DNA of 64,000 nucleotides, from positions 128,001 to 192,000 of IMG/VR virus record IMGVR_UViG_3300028805_000041. The stretch is one strand, 5' to 3'. This DNA is from a virus. Its lineage: Duplodnaviria > Caudoviricetes. The notes under the pieces are model-generated. The model was not told the origin of the DNA and searched no databases. It saw only the letters and a list, made by a program, of their open reading frames with translations. The position numbers and the translations under genes are program-made. This document shows, in pieces, positions 39,602-49,701 of the stretch (positions are counted from its first letter, which is position 1; every line of letters begins with the position of its first letter).

Positions 39602-42600
39602 ATGGACAAACAATATACGATAATACTTGGTGAAAACAGGTCTAAGACAAGTACGAACAGTGATACAAACTTGACATTTGATATCGCTGACAATCGACGT
39701 GTATTACCCGAAGACACCATTGTGGGTAAAGTTGATGAATACGAGCAGTACATAAAGGAAAAGGACGCTTGTACTAAATTCAACATGATATTCACAATGA
39801 ATGTTGTTGCGTCAAATGTCTTATTTAACAGGGTGAGCGAGATTGTTTATCACGAGGGTTCTGATGATTGTATATTCTTTGGTCGGAACGGAGCATCAAC
39901 AAAAAACCTACCAGACAATATCAATGTTTATAATACCTATAAGACAAACGACAATGGTGAATATTTAGAGGAGGTCGGAAGGCGTGGAAAAAACATACTT
40001 GCATCTATGACATATTTGCCGATTAGTCTCAATCAAGGTGCTTCGTATAGCGACACTATATATTTTGCGGCTGACAGTTCCGTAACAATTATTGATGTTT
40101 ATACCGAGGAAACTAAATCTATAGAGATTACAGACGTTTTTGGAAAGTATTTCAACTATAAGGTAAAATATCAAGATAATGTTAATTACCCAAAGATTGG
40201 GAGTATTTTGATATGTGGTTTGAAGGGTACGGCATTCCAATATCAGGCTATTACATTTTTTATAAATTTTAGAACAGCCCAAGAAACACGAGGTTATATA
40301 ACGTTTAAAGACACAAATGGATATAAAACGGCAGTATATGTTGTTTCGGATGATGACACCACAGGAGGAACAATAGACGGAAATATAGAATTTAATAGGT
40401 TGCACAATGGAATTAATGTAGCGGGAGAAATATCCGCCAGTTTTAAGGAACTATATGTTAATGAATCAGGAAAAACAAATTCAAGAAGTGCTGCTTGGGC
40501 TACCGGAGATACTGTAGATAGTGATAGTAGTACATTTACTTATCATATAAGTAAAAACAAGGCAGATGATAATAATACCGGAAAACAAAGAGAAGGCTAT
40601 TTTGTATTCAAAAACAATAACCAAGAAGTTGGGCGTTTATATGTGTTTCAGGAAGCGGATAAAGATATAAGAGTATCCAGTGAATTAATGATGCGATATA
40701 ATCTCCTAAGGGACACCGCATATTCCCACAAGGATATTGGCGGGGTTGTATATCATTGCGGATATGATATATTCGGTAATCATATGTTAAGAAAGGGCGT
40801 ATTCAACGTTATTAATAAATTAGGTGAAAAAGAAACACCCGATAAAAAGATAAATTTCAACACCCTGTCTGATTACAATCGTGATTATAACGGGAATATA
40901 ATAAAAGATAATATTGCAACTATAATACATGGCAGAAATGGTGCAGCCGGTAGTGGAAATAGAAGTAACTTAAGGGTAAACAGGGAAACGAATAATACAC
41001 ACCAGTACCTTTACGACTCTGTATTGTCAATGAACGACACAATACGTGAGAGACTTGTTGAGAAGAACGGGTGGTTTGGTTTCATAAATCCGTCAGGAAT
41101 GGATATTAAGAATTATGGCGATATTTCCATAAACAAGTGTATGAACAACAACAAGGCTTGTGAACAGATAGATATGTATCCTGACAGGTCATTGTTCTAT
41201 GTGGTTCCAAAGTATAACAAATACAGACACAGGGTTGAAAACAATTGGGAATATTGTATAACATTCCCATATAAGAGCCTATACGACCACGAATTGGTAA
41301 CATCAAATAGGATAATAGTCGGTGAAAAATATGTGAACGGTTTGAAATGTGAACTGGTAACACGTTCTGCAACCATTCTATTCTCTTTGACAGATGAAAG
41401 ATATGAAGAGAGTGCGCTTGAATACAAGGACAATGTTGAAATAATGTTTTCATCCGATGTCAGTCATAATCTTTCCGTTGGGGACATAATTATTATGTGG
41501 GTGAAGTATAGCGGAGAGACTTATGAAATAACCACAGATATTGTAAGTGTCGGTGTTGGTGGAGACTATCCAAATAACTTTTTCACCATTAACAGCAGCG
41601 AATTCGCTAACATATTTTCAGAAATCACAAATGGGGTTGCTAACCCGAAAAAAGGCGTAATTGACTATGGCGATTATGACGAGGAATATGAATATGGTTT
41701 CATTAAATGGAATAACGAAGAAGATGAAATACGTATAGCAAAGGTTGTTAGGGGTAAACCGTGTGAGTACTACATAAGATTGTTCAAGAAACTCCCAAAT
41801 TTCAAAAACACGGATGCATATGCCGATGGCATTATCAGTGACGATGAGATACAGAAATACTCATCAAATGACTTCAATTCTTCATTGAACAATCTCGCAT
41901 TTTCAAACAACATATATGGCGACCCTATTGGGCAGATTGTTTTCAATGATGATATAGACATCAATGGTTTGAAGGACAATCTTGGGCGGGATGTGAGTGA
42001 ATTGTATCTCACCATCATAAAAACCAACAAGGGTTACAGGGAATGGTACGATGAAAAAGATTACGGCTCGGAAAATGTCGAATTTTCACATTGTTTTGGA
42101 AAAATTACCGCAGGATTTGACTTCTTACCTTATTCGGATGATTACAACATACATAAATTACATAATGTAAACCTTGATAGTTTTTCAGGTGAAAGTTTTA
42201 ATGAAATAAACAAGGAAACCGTCGATGGTAAAGAAATTCAATACGATAGTTCTTCAATTGAATCTTATTATAAGGAAATGACAAATTATGTGGATAGTCC
42301 GAAAAGTCTTGAGGGACCGTTTGATAGTGAAAATGAAGTAACCACATCGGGTGACACTTTTTTTGGCGAGAATAACCTGTTTTTTGGAGACGTTGCCGAG
42401 TTTTCATTGTATGATGTAAATGAGACCATCCTTGAAAATGTCAATTTCAGATTTAACACGGTACAGAGGGAATATACCAAAGACGCTGAGTTCTATGATT
42501 TTGTGTATGAGGATATAATAGAGGATGACTATAAATTGTTTGATTTGGGAAAGAAGGAAAGCAATTTTTCACCGTTCAAGACGAGTGCAGTCACATATAA

Positions 42601-43591
42601 TGTATTCAGAACAAATAAAAATCTGATTTATACACGAAAAAATAACGCTGATGTCAAAAAATATCTGTATAATCCAAGGTATCCGTTTAATATTGCCCCT
42701 GAGGGATATTATTATTCCCCGCATATAAGAATACCCGTAAGGGAATACTCCGAAGATATAAAACAAGGCACACATACAGAAATCAAGTTCGAACCGGCAA
42801 ACATAATATACAACGATTGTGACGGTATAGAAAGATGGGTGACAATGAATTGGAATAGTGCAATAAGTAATGATTGGAGTGGCGGAACCGTATTTAATAT
42901 AATCACTGCAAAGAACTATTATATGAATGTTGGTGATAGAGTATTTCTATATGAAATCGGCTCCGACGGCAAAAAGACAATATGGGGTCGTGTTATCGAA
43001 GTGTCCGGTAGAATGTACAACCACCTGACAATTAGATTTGATGAAAGTGTTGAATTATACATTGAGGATGGCGACATCAGAAAGTTCAAGTACAAACTGT
43101 TCAAGTATAATGTTGCCAAACCATCGAATGCAATCGAAATGAATGACGGAACAGGTAATTATCTATGGAGACCGTTCTTAAGCGAATCTGAGATGATGCG
43201 TGGAAATGAACTGTATGACAGACCATTTACCAACGGTAAAATATATGTACACAAGTTCGTTGACGTATTTCTTAGAAGACAGGACCCATATAATGAATAC
43301 GGCTTGAATTGTGACGATTGTTCAACAAAGATAAGCGATTTGACAATATATGGGGAATACAAGGATGTTTCTATGTATGAAAGCGAGGAAGCAACACAAA
43401 GTAAGATATGTGCGTCAGTTGTTGGTGATATGTTCTCAGATGTGGCTTCCCAACTTGAGACAAGGGCGAAGAACAAGGTATCTAACTTCAACATTGACAA
43501 GGTTATAAACACCTACAGAGAGAAGAGAAAGAAAGCTAAGGAAGAAGCAAAGGCGGCGGCTGAATCAAACGCACAACAAGGACAAGGGTAA
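39602..43591 (+). CDS. large virion structural protein with BACON-like insert
   Basis: 1329 aa in the structural operon; NNTGKQREGYFVFKN...LYVFQ resembles a BACON C-terminal motif. Confidence 0.55.
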   Translation: MDKQYTIILGENRSKTSTNSDTNLTFDIADNRRVLPEDTIVGKVDEYEQYIKEKDACTKFNMIFTMNVVASNVLFNRVSEIVYHEGSDDCIFFGRNGASTKNLPDNINVYNTYKTNDNGEYLEEVGRRGKNILASMTYLPISLNQGASYSDTIYFAADSSVTIIDVYTEETKSIEITDVFGKYFNYKVKYQDNVNYPKIGSILICGLKGTAFQYQAITFFINFRTAQETRGYITFKDTNGYKTAVYVVSDDDTTGGTIDGNIEFNRLHNGINVAGEISASFKELYVNESGKTNSRSAAWATGDTVDSDSSTFTYHISKNKADDNNTGKQREGYFVFKNNNQEVGRLYVFQEADKDIRVSSELMMRYNLLRDTAYSHKDIGGVVYHCGYDIFGNHMLRKGVFNVINKLGEKETPDKKINFNTLSDYNRDYNGNIIKDNIATIIHGRNGAAGSGNRSNLRVNRETNNTHQYLYDSVLSMNDTIRERLVEKNGWFGFINPSGMDIKNYGDISINKCMNNNKACEQIDMYPDRSLFYVVPKYNKYRHRVENNWEYCITFPYKSLYDHELVTSNRIIVGEKYVNGLKCELVTRSATILFSLTDERYEESALEYKDNVEIMFSSDVSHNLSVGDIIIMWVKYSGETYEITTDIVSVGVGGDYPNNFFTINSSEFANIFSEITNGVANPKKGVIDYGDYDEEYEYGFIKWNNEEDEIRIAKVVRGKPCEYYIRLFKKLPNFKNTDAYADGIISDDEIQKYSSNDFNSSLNNLAFSNNIYGDPIGQIVFNDDIDINGLKDNLGRDVSELYLTIIKTNKGYREWYDEKDYGSENVEFSHCFGKITAGFDFLPYSDDYNIHKLHNVNLDSFSGESFNEINKETVDGKEIQYDSSSIESYYKEMTNYVDSPKSLEGPFDSENEVTTSGDTFFGENNLFFGDVAEFSLYDVNETILENVNFRFNTVQREYTKDAEFYDFVYEDIIEDDYKLFDLGKKESNFSPFKTSAVTYNVFRTNKNLIYTRKNNADVKKYLYNPRYPFNIAPEGYYYSPHIRIPVREYSEDIKQGTHTEIKFEPANIIYNDCDGIERWVTMNWNSAISNDWSGGTVFNIITAKNYYMNVGDRVFLYEIGSDGKKTIWGRVIEVSGRMYNHLTIRFDESVELYIEDGDIRKFKYKLFKYNVAKPSNAIEMNDGTGNYLWRPFLSESEMMRGNELYDRPFTNGKIYVHKFVDVFLRRQDPYNEYGLNCDDCSTKISDLTIYGEYKDVSMYESEEATQSKICASVVGDMFSDVASQLETRAKNKVSNFNIDKVINTYREKRKKAKEEAKAAAESNAQQGQG

Positions 43592-43603
43592 AAAACAGAA
43601 AAG

Positions 43604-45886
43604 ATGATCAGGGCGACGATAAACAATAGCGGCATACATAACGAGGAAAGAAAACTCGATATAAAGAGAATGTATTACGGCGATTCAACTGATAGCATCG
43701 TAGTTGAGTCACACAGTCATGCACTAAAGCCGGATGATGTCATAACATTTAACGAGAATGACGAAGACCAGAGATACTTTACCGAAACAAGAACAGTCCT
43801 TTCAGTAATTGATGAGGACCATTTTACTATTGACTCATTTCCGGACAGGCGAATATATCCCGTCTCCGCATCCACTGCGGAAACAACCTGTAATGTACAG
43901 ATGAGTGAGGATAATAAGCCGATAATAACAACCATAAATTATGTAAAGTTAACTTTCTCGAATATTTTCCCGCATAATTTCACCAAATGCCGAAATGAAT
44001 ATAATGTAGTTGACAATATAGACAACTTGTATTATTATGGGAAACTTGATAAATACAAGAGAATGTGTGTCGGCGACTACATACTATGTGACAGGTTTCT
44101 GTACAAATCTAATGGGATGGCTGAGAATCACAAACTCACCATTCCAAGTGATGTAAACGAGATTTTGAACATAAAGGACAAGTATATATACTATGTCGGA
44201 GATTACAGTGAAAGGGTATATCTTGGTGGAGAGGATTTGTTTACCGTATGCAGTGGTGATACCTGTGTTGCCGTTCCATCTTTAAGCGGCGATACGGAAA
44301 AGATAACCGAAAACATAAATGGTGTTCTAATTACTCCGTTAAACTATTATGGACGTGATGACATTTATGAACTCTTTTGGGTTTTTGACAAGGAGAATGA
44401 TGAACACAACGAAATTGTCAAATATCTTTTGGACAATTTTGCAACTACGGAGTTCTTTTGTAAGGACGAACGTTTTTTTACCGAAAAATATGGGTGGATA
44501 GGTGCAAATGACATCTTTGTTGACAGGAACAATCTCTATGAGAAAGATATAACAGGGGCCACAATAGAGGAAATAAATGAAAATTACCCCGTAAAATGGT
44601 ATAACAGGGGAAAACAGTTCAGAGTTAACGACCCTTGCACAGACATATGTATTTGCGATTGTGTTGAACTTGTATTGAATGAGAAGGAAACTTGTGAGGG
44701 CATAGTTCCAACGACAAACGTAACAAGAAATTATGGATTTTTTGACCTGATGCTGCCAATTTCAGATGATTTTGGAATTGACACTTACAGGAATGAATTA
44801 CTTAATGATATGCTTGTCAATCAAGAGGCGGGGAACTCAATAAATGACATAATAGACTACGAACGCGCACAATTTGTTCCAATGTTTGCGGAATATGATG
44901 AAAATAACAATGTCGTCTTCAAACCATTGTCGAAAATCATTTTCAAACTGCATTTCAGGGCGCGACCATATGAATATGAAGAGGGTATAGGGAGAGATTA
45001 TGGCGAATTCGAGACAAGTGACTCGTATTATTGGAATACGGCAACTATGATACAAGATGGTTCTGACTTTGTTTTCACTGCGGATTCGTTTGATTCGGAC
45101 TTACTTGGAGATATAGGGTTTACAGACGATGATGTGTATTATCAGAAGAAAAAACTGAAGAACACATTTATAAGAATATCCTGTTATGACACAAGGTACA
45201 GATCAACACAAAGTCTTTTAGAATACAGTACAATCTTTTTGGACTCAGGAAAATACTACAAGAAATATACTACGGCGTTGGCAAATGACGAAAACATTGA
45301 AGAGGGTACAATCGTATATACCGACAATATAGAAGATTACAGACTTGGTACTGAATTCGAATGTACGAGCAAGTATGACAGGGAGATGTCAAGTGATGGT
45401 TTCTATATTTATACGTATCCGACAATTGTTAATGGCACAGAGCCGAGAACTGCGTATTTAAAGGTTGAATTCAACCATGCGAAATATGGTAAAACAATAC
45501 CAATGTCATATCCGACATATAGCGAGGGGTCAGATGAACATATATCAGGTGATCCGATTTTAAGGGGCAACGGTGGACTTCCAAACGAGTTTCCGATAAA
45601 CTACAGAAAATACGGTGATGCTATAAGTGGAATAACCGGGGATACAAGTCAGATAATTGACATTGATACAAAAAAGGTATTTGAGAATTCCTATATTAAA
45701 ATACAACTAAAATATGACGATGTCGCCAACCAATATATTTGGTATGTGGTAAACAATGAGGGCGTGACCCCAAGTAGCATCATAAACGGAACTGAGATGA
45801 CCATAATTATGTGGGAACCGAGATTGAATGGTATTCTTCAGGAGGAGAACAGGATATCAAATAACAACAGCGATGATAACGGCTAA
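43604..45886 (+). CDS. virion structural protein
   Basis: 760 aa, acidic and beta-rich; co-oriented in the baseplate operon. Confidence 0.55.
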   Translation: MIRATINNSGIHNEERKLDIKRMYYGDSTDSIVVESHSHALKPDDVITFNENDEDQRYFTETRTVLSVIDEDHFTIDSFPDRRIYPVSASTAETTCNVQMSEDNKPIITTINYVKLTFSNIFPHNFTKCRNEYNVVDNIDNLYYYGKLDKYKRMCVGDYILCDRFLYKSNGMAENHKLTIPSDVNEILNIKDKYIYYVGDYSERVYLGGEDLFTVCSGDTCVAVPSLSGDTEKITENINGVLITPLNYYGRDDIYELFWVFDKENDEHNEIVKYLLDNFATTEFFCKDERFFTEKYGWIGANDIFVDRNNLYEKDITGATIEEINENYPVKWYNRGKQFRVNDPCTDICICDCVELVLNEKETCEGIVPTTNVTRNYGFFDLMLPISDDFGIDTYRNELLNDMLVNQEAGNSINDIIDYERAQFVPMFAEYDENNNVVFKPLSKIIFKLHFRARPYEYEEGIGRDYGEFETSDSYYWNTATMIQDGSDFVFTADSFDSDLLGDIGFTDDDVYYQKKKLKNTFIRISCYDTRYRSTQSLLEYSTIFLDSGKYYKKYTTALANDENIEEGTIVYTDNIEDYRLGTEFECTSKYDREMSSDGFYIYTYPTIVNGTEPRTAYLKVEFNHAKYGKTIPMSYPTYSEGSDEHISGDPILRGNGGLPNEFPINYRKYGDAISGITGDTSQIIDIDTKKVFENSYIKIQLKYDDVANQYIWYVVNNEGVTPSSIINGTEMTIIMWEPRLNGILQEENRISNNNSDDNG

Positions 45887-45888
45887 AA

Positions 45889-48684
45889 ATGGAAACAATA
45901 AGTAAGAAAATATGTCTTGAATCTTTCAGAAGCAGATTTGACGGAAAATTACCGACATTGGGGACAATAAACTTTGGTAATGTTACCGGTGATACCGAAC
46001 CGTATTTCGAATATGACGATTATACGGATTACGGTGGTATTCCATATGACATAAAGTTTAAAGAAACGGATTTGGCGGACAGTAAACTTGCGGATTTGAT
46101 AAACGACCTCCTACCGATAGCAAAGAATTTTCCGTGTACTCAAAGTGGTAACACGCAAGACAAAACCGATACCGGATATACGGAAACGGATATCTTGAGG
46201 TATAAGACCATTATCGAGAATCGGAATCTCATTTATAGGATTGCAAAAGGTCTCTCTTATGATGCGGCAGAGGGGCAACCTTATAAGGACACAAGATACT
46301 ACTATCTTTGCAAGAGGGATGGTGAGGAATACGAATGGCTTGACTTTACCGAAGAAATGTGGAGAGACAGATTTTCATATTTTGGAAATGGTGATGATGT
46401 GAGCGGAGAAACCGATTGTTATTATTACGACAGCAACCTTCCAACGTCACTGAAGAAGTTCTTCTTCCACAAATGTATGTACTTGGATAAGGAATTGCCG
46501 AATGTCTATTTATATTACTATATTACAGATACCGGTGATGTTGGTGTTACTTTTGAAAAGGACAGAGTACCAACATATTATTCATATACAAATGAAAATG
46601 GTGAAACAGAGTATGTCGATAACCTCGAATATGTTCCAACATATTATCAATATATCGATAAAAACGGAAATACAAGATATGCGCGTTTTGCAACGGATAT
46701 TGAAAGGGGCGTTAACACGTATAACATATATCACCCAACAGTAAAAAGGGTGACAGCCGAGATTAAATCTGTTAAACAACTCTTTAAGGAGGGTGATGTG
46801 ATATGTATAAATCCGAAAATGGATGTTTTCATTAAAAAATTCAGGGATAAATTCGAATTAATGGAAACGTGGCTCGGATATGGAAGCAAGGCGGTGGAAA
46901 GCGGTTTCACACCAACCGTAGAAGATTACAGGAATGGTGATATAGTCATTTTTAATGACGATACGGGGGAAACCACCTATTACAGGATAATACCAAGCGC
47001 ATGTGTTGAAAACCGTTTCGAAATAAAATTCATTGAAATGGTCAATTATCTTTTTGAAAACAAATTGACAAGAGAGGAAATAGACAATTTCGTATCGGAA
47101 CCATATACTGACATACCAATCTACATAGAGGAAGAATATCACGATATGGGACTTATGTCCGCATATTATGACGAATGGGTTCCAAACAAGAAATACTATA
47201 TAGGTGATGCTGTTAGGTATGGAAACAGATGTTATGTGCTTGTAAATCCGGGTGTTGATGAAACAGGTGGGACACTCTATGATGAATGTGAAGTGTCTGT
47301 GGATTTTTATGAGGAAAATAAAGACAATGAGAATATTGAAATTGTCGAAAGAGATGGAAAATACTACACTAAATTACCATATTACAAGGGTTATTTTGAC
47401 AAGTCGAAGATAACAAGGTTTGATGAGAAGGATGCAAACGGAAACCTGTTACATTGGAAATTGGCACATACAACAGAAGAGGATTTCGATGAATTTTTTG
47501 ATGATGAAGACGAGATTGTTCAGACAGTAACCTCAGGTAAGTTGAATACACTTCAGAGGTACAAGAAGTCCACAGATGACGAAAAAGGTGAGGAATTACC
47601 ATTTGTTTTCAAAAACAGCATCACATCTTACAGTGGTGATACGGGTGAAACAAGTGAGTTGGTGTGTGCACACACTGAATTGAAATATACCGTTGGCGTA
47701 CAGAACATAACACAGTATCAGGATAGAATATATTGTGATATTTTGAATTCCATCACTATAAGAAAAGACGATGACGAAGACAGTGAGATATACTTTGTCG
47801 GAAGAGGCAGTGATTTTCCAATAGAAAATACGGAAAGGACCATAGAGTGTGCTGTAATTGACACTGAAATGCTATCATCAGGACATTCAGACTACAATAC
47901 AATTATTTTCAATTATGGACTCCGTTACCTTGTCAACGATGAGATTGACATTGCGGATACCGGTGCAACCTTGATAAACTATGATTCAGGAATAAGGTAT
48001 GAAGAGGAATACACATATAGTCTTAAAGAAATGTGGATTGAATGTGAAAACTATGATACCGAAAGTGATGATGCTGAAGTTAGATATATGTGGGTTGAAT
48101 ATAACCCGTCAAACATTCGCGGTGTTGTTGATACACAGGAAGAATATGATGACGCGGATGATTTTGAATACATTGACAGAAACATTTACCCAACCATATA
48201 TGATGATGAAATGCCATTCTATGAAGGTGACGAAGCAGAAAGAAAAGTGAAAGAACACTACTTATTAAGGTGGATGGGTGAATCATATACCGATGAAGTG
48301 AGTGGAACAACCGTATCGTTCAGACAGGGTGGCGTATACAGATTTACAAGACTTTGCAAATTCATATATTTCGAATTGGGCAAGCCAAAAATGTACAGTG
48401 ATGAAATTGAGATGGAAGATGGCGGAGTACAAGCCTTAGTCAGTTTCAAGAGAAGTCTTATGTCAAATGACATATTCCAAACGCTTGATGTTTATCGGGA
48501 CGAGGCACTTCTCGGAATACATGACATTAACGTCGATGCAAGTGTGTTCATAGACAGGGGTGAGGGTGTTTCCGTGTTAGAACGTCATTCAGTCTTGTCA
48601 GAAGTAGCGACGCTCGAAGACCTTGAGCACTACAGAAATGACTTTTTCGGAATAAGTTCAGCAATAACAACAACGATAGCGTAA
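45889..48684 (+). CDS. virion structural protein with CBM5/12-like module
   Basis: 931 aa; WVPNKKYYIGDAVRYGNRCY; C-terminal VFIDRG...ERH.VLSEV.TLEDLEHY segment. Confidence 0.55.
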   Translation: METISKKICLESFRSRFDGKLPTLGTINFGNVTGDTEPYFEYDDYTDYGGIPYDIKFKETDLADSKLADLINDLLPIAKNFPCTQSGNTQDKTDTGYTETDILRYKTIIENRNLIYRIAKGLSYDAAEGQPYKDTRYYYLCKRDGEEYEWLDFTEEMWRDRFSYFGNGDDVSGETDCYYYDSNLPTSLKKFFFHKCMYLDKELPNVYLYYYITDTGDVGVTFEKDRVPTYYSYTNENGETEYVDNLEYVPTYYQYIDKNGNTRYARFATDIERGVNTYNIYHPTVKRVTAEIKSVKQLFKEGDVICINPKMDVFIKKFRDKFELMETWLGYGSKAVESGFTPTVEDYRNGDIVIFNDDTGETTYYRIIPSACVENRFEIKFIEMVNYLFENKLTREEIDNFVSEPYTDIPIYIEEEYHDMGLMSAYYDEWVPNKKYYIGDAVRYGNRCYVLVNPGVDETGGTLYDECEVSVDFYEENKDNENIEIVERDGKYYTKLPYYKGYFDKSKITRFDEKDANGNLLHWKLAHTTEEDFDEFFDDEDEIVQTVTSGKLNTLQRYKKSTDDEKGEELPFVFKNSITSYSGDTGETSELVCAHTELKYTVGVQNITQYQDRIYCDILNSITIRKDDDEDSEIYFVGRGSDFPIENTERTIECAVIDTEMLSSGHSDYNTIIFNYGLRYLVNDEIDIADTGATLINYDSGIRYEEEYTYSLKEMWIECENYDTESDDAEVRYMWVEYNPSNIRGVVDTQEEYDDADDFEYIDRNIYPTIYDDEMPFYEGDEAERKVKEHYLLRWMGESYTDEVSGTTVSFRQGGVYRFTRLCKFIYFELGKPKMYSDEIEMEDGGVQALVSFKRSLMSNDIFQTLDVYRDEALLGIHDINVDASVFIDRGEGVSVLERHSVLSEVATLEDLEHYRNDFFGISSAITTTIA

Positions 48685-48733
48685 AGGTCTAAAAATGTAC
48701 CTTTCTTATGTACTTAAAATAAGCAAAATATTA

Positions 48734-48740
48734 TATTTAT
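48734..48740 (+). promoter_or_regulatory. putative late promoter TATTTAT
   Basis: 22 nt upstream of ATG 48763. Confidence 0.55.
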
Positions 48741-48762
48741 ATATAAATAATTTACACTTTAT

Positions 48763-49692
48763 ATGGCAAATTCGAACGGAACATACGGAACGAGAAGAGC
48801 GGCTGATATTTCAACATCTGACGTAGAGATATTCTACCACTATCGTCCTGACAGAAGCAGGGATTCTGAAGACTTCCCGTCGTTTAAAAAATTGGATAGT
48901 TCATACCTGACACAGTTTGAACGGGAAGGGGAAACAACCGGTGCAGGGGCAAATGTTTTACCAAACTTACCCGGAATGTACAATTTAAGGCTTCCACTTA
49001 CTGAATTCAGCAATACAGGCATATATACAATATACATCAGGCCAAAGGAAATATATGGGAAAATATTTGATGTGAGCAATCTGACACTTTACCCGAACAT
49101 AAAGGGTATTGTGTTGGATATAACACAGTTCGGCGGAAATGACAGGTCAATATTTGAAAATGGTGCGCTTGTAGGATATAGGGTTGAATATTTTGACTCT
49201 TCAGGAAACAGAGAAAAATACTACAGGATAATAACATCAAATTACAAGTGTGAACCGGTTGCACAGAACCTGATAGATTCATCCCAAACAGGCGTAAGTT
49301 ACCGTCATAACAACTCGAGCAATCTTGTTTTCTGCACCCTCACACCAAGCACGGCATTGTCATTTAAACCGACAGATAAACCGAATATTGGAAGTCCGAT
49401 GCAGACAGTGGCACTGATTAACACAAAATTCAACCCGGTAATGTTGGAGGTTGAAATGGTTAATCACGATATTGAGAGTGTTTCCACAATGCTTGAAGGT
49501 AAGCAAATACGTAATTTGGACAATGCACTTATAACAACGTTCAACTCAGAAGACGGCATATATCATCAGGCTATGTACGGTAATATAGTAAATCCGAACA
49601 CAGGAATAAATCACGACTTCAAGATACCTATGACTGACATCATTGATTTCAATGAATCTGACAGACTTAGAGAAATAGAGGAAAACATTTAA
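48763..49692 (+). CDS. virion structural protein
   Basis: 309 aa; GTYGTRRAAD and GMYNLRLP...GIYTIYIRP; has a late-type promoter. Confidence 0.55.
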   Translation: MANSNGTYGTRRAADISTSDVEIFYHYRPDRSRDSEDFPSFKKLDSSYLTQFEREGETTGAGANVLPNLPGMYNLRLPLTEFSNTGIYTIYIRPKEIYGKIFDVSNLTLYPNIKGIVLDITQFGGNDRSIFENGALVGYRVEYFDSSGNREKYYRIITSNYKCEPVAQNLIDSSQTGVSYRHNNSSNLVFCTLTPSTALSFKPTDKPNIGSPMQTVALINTKFNPVMLEVEMVNHDIESVSTMLEGKQIRNLDNALITTFNSEDGIYHQAMYGNIVNPNTGINHDFKIPMTDIIDFNESDRLREIEENI

Positions 49693-49701
49693 AAAAAAGA
49701 C

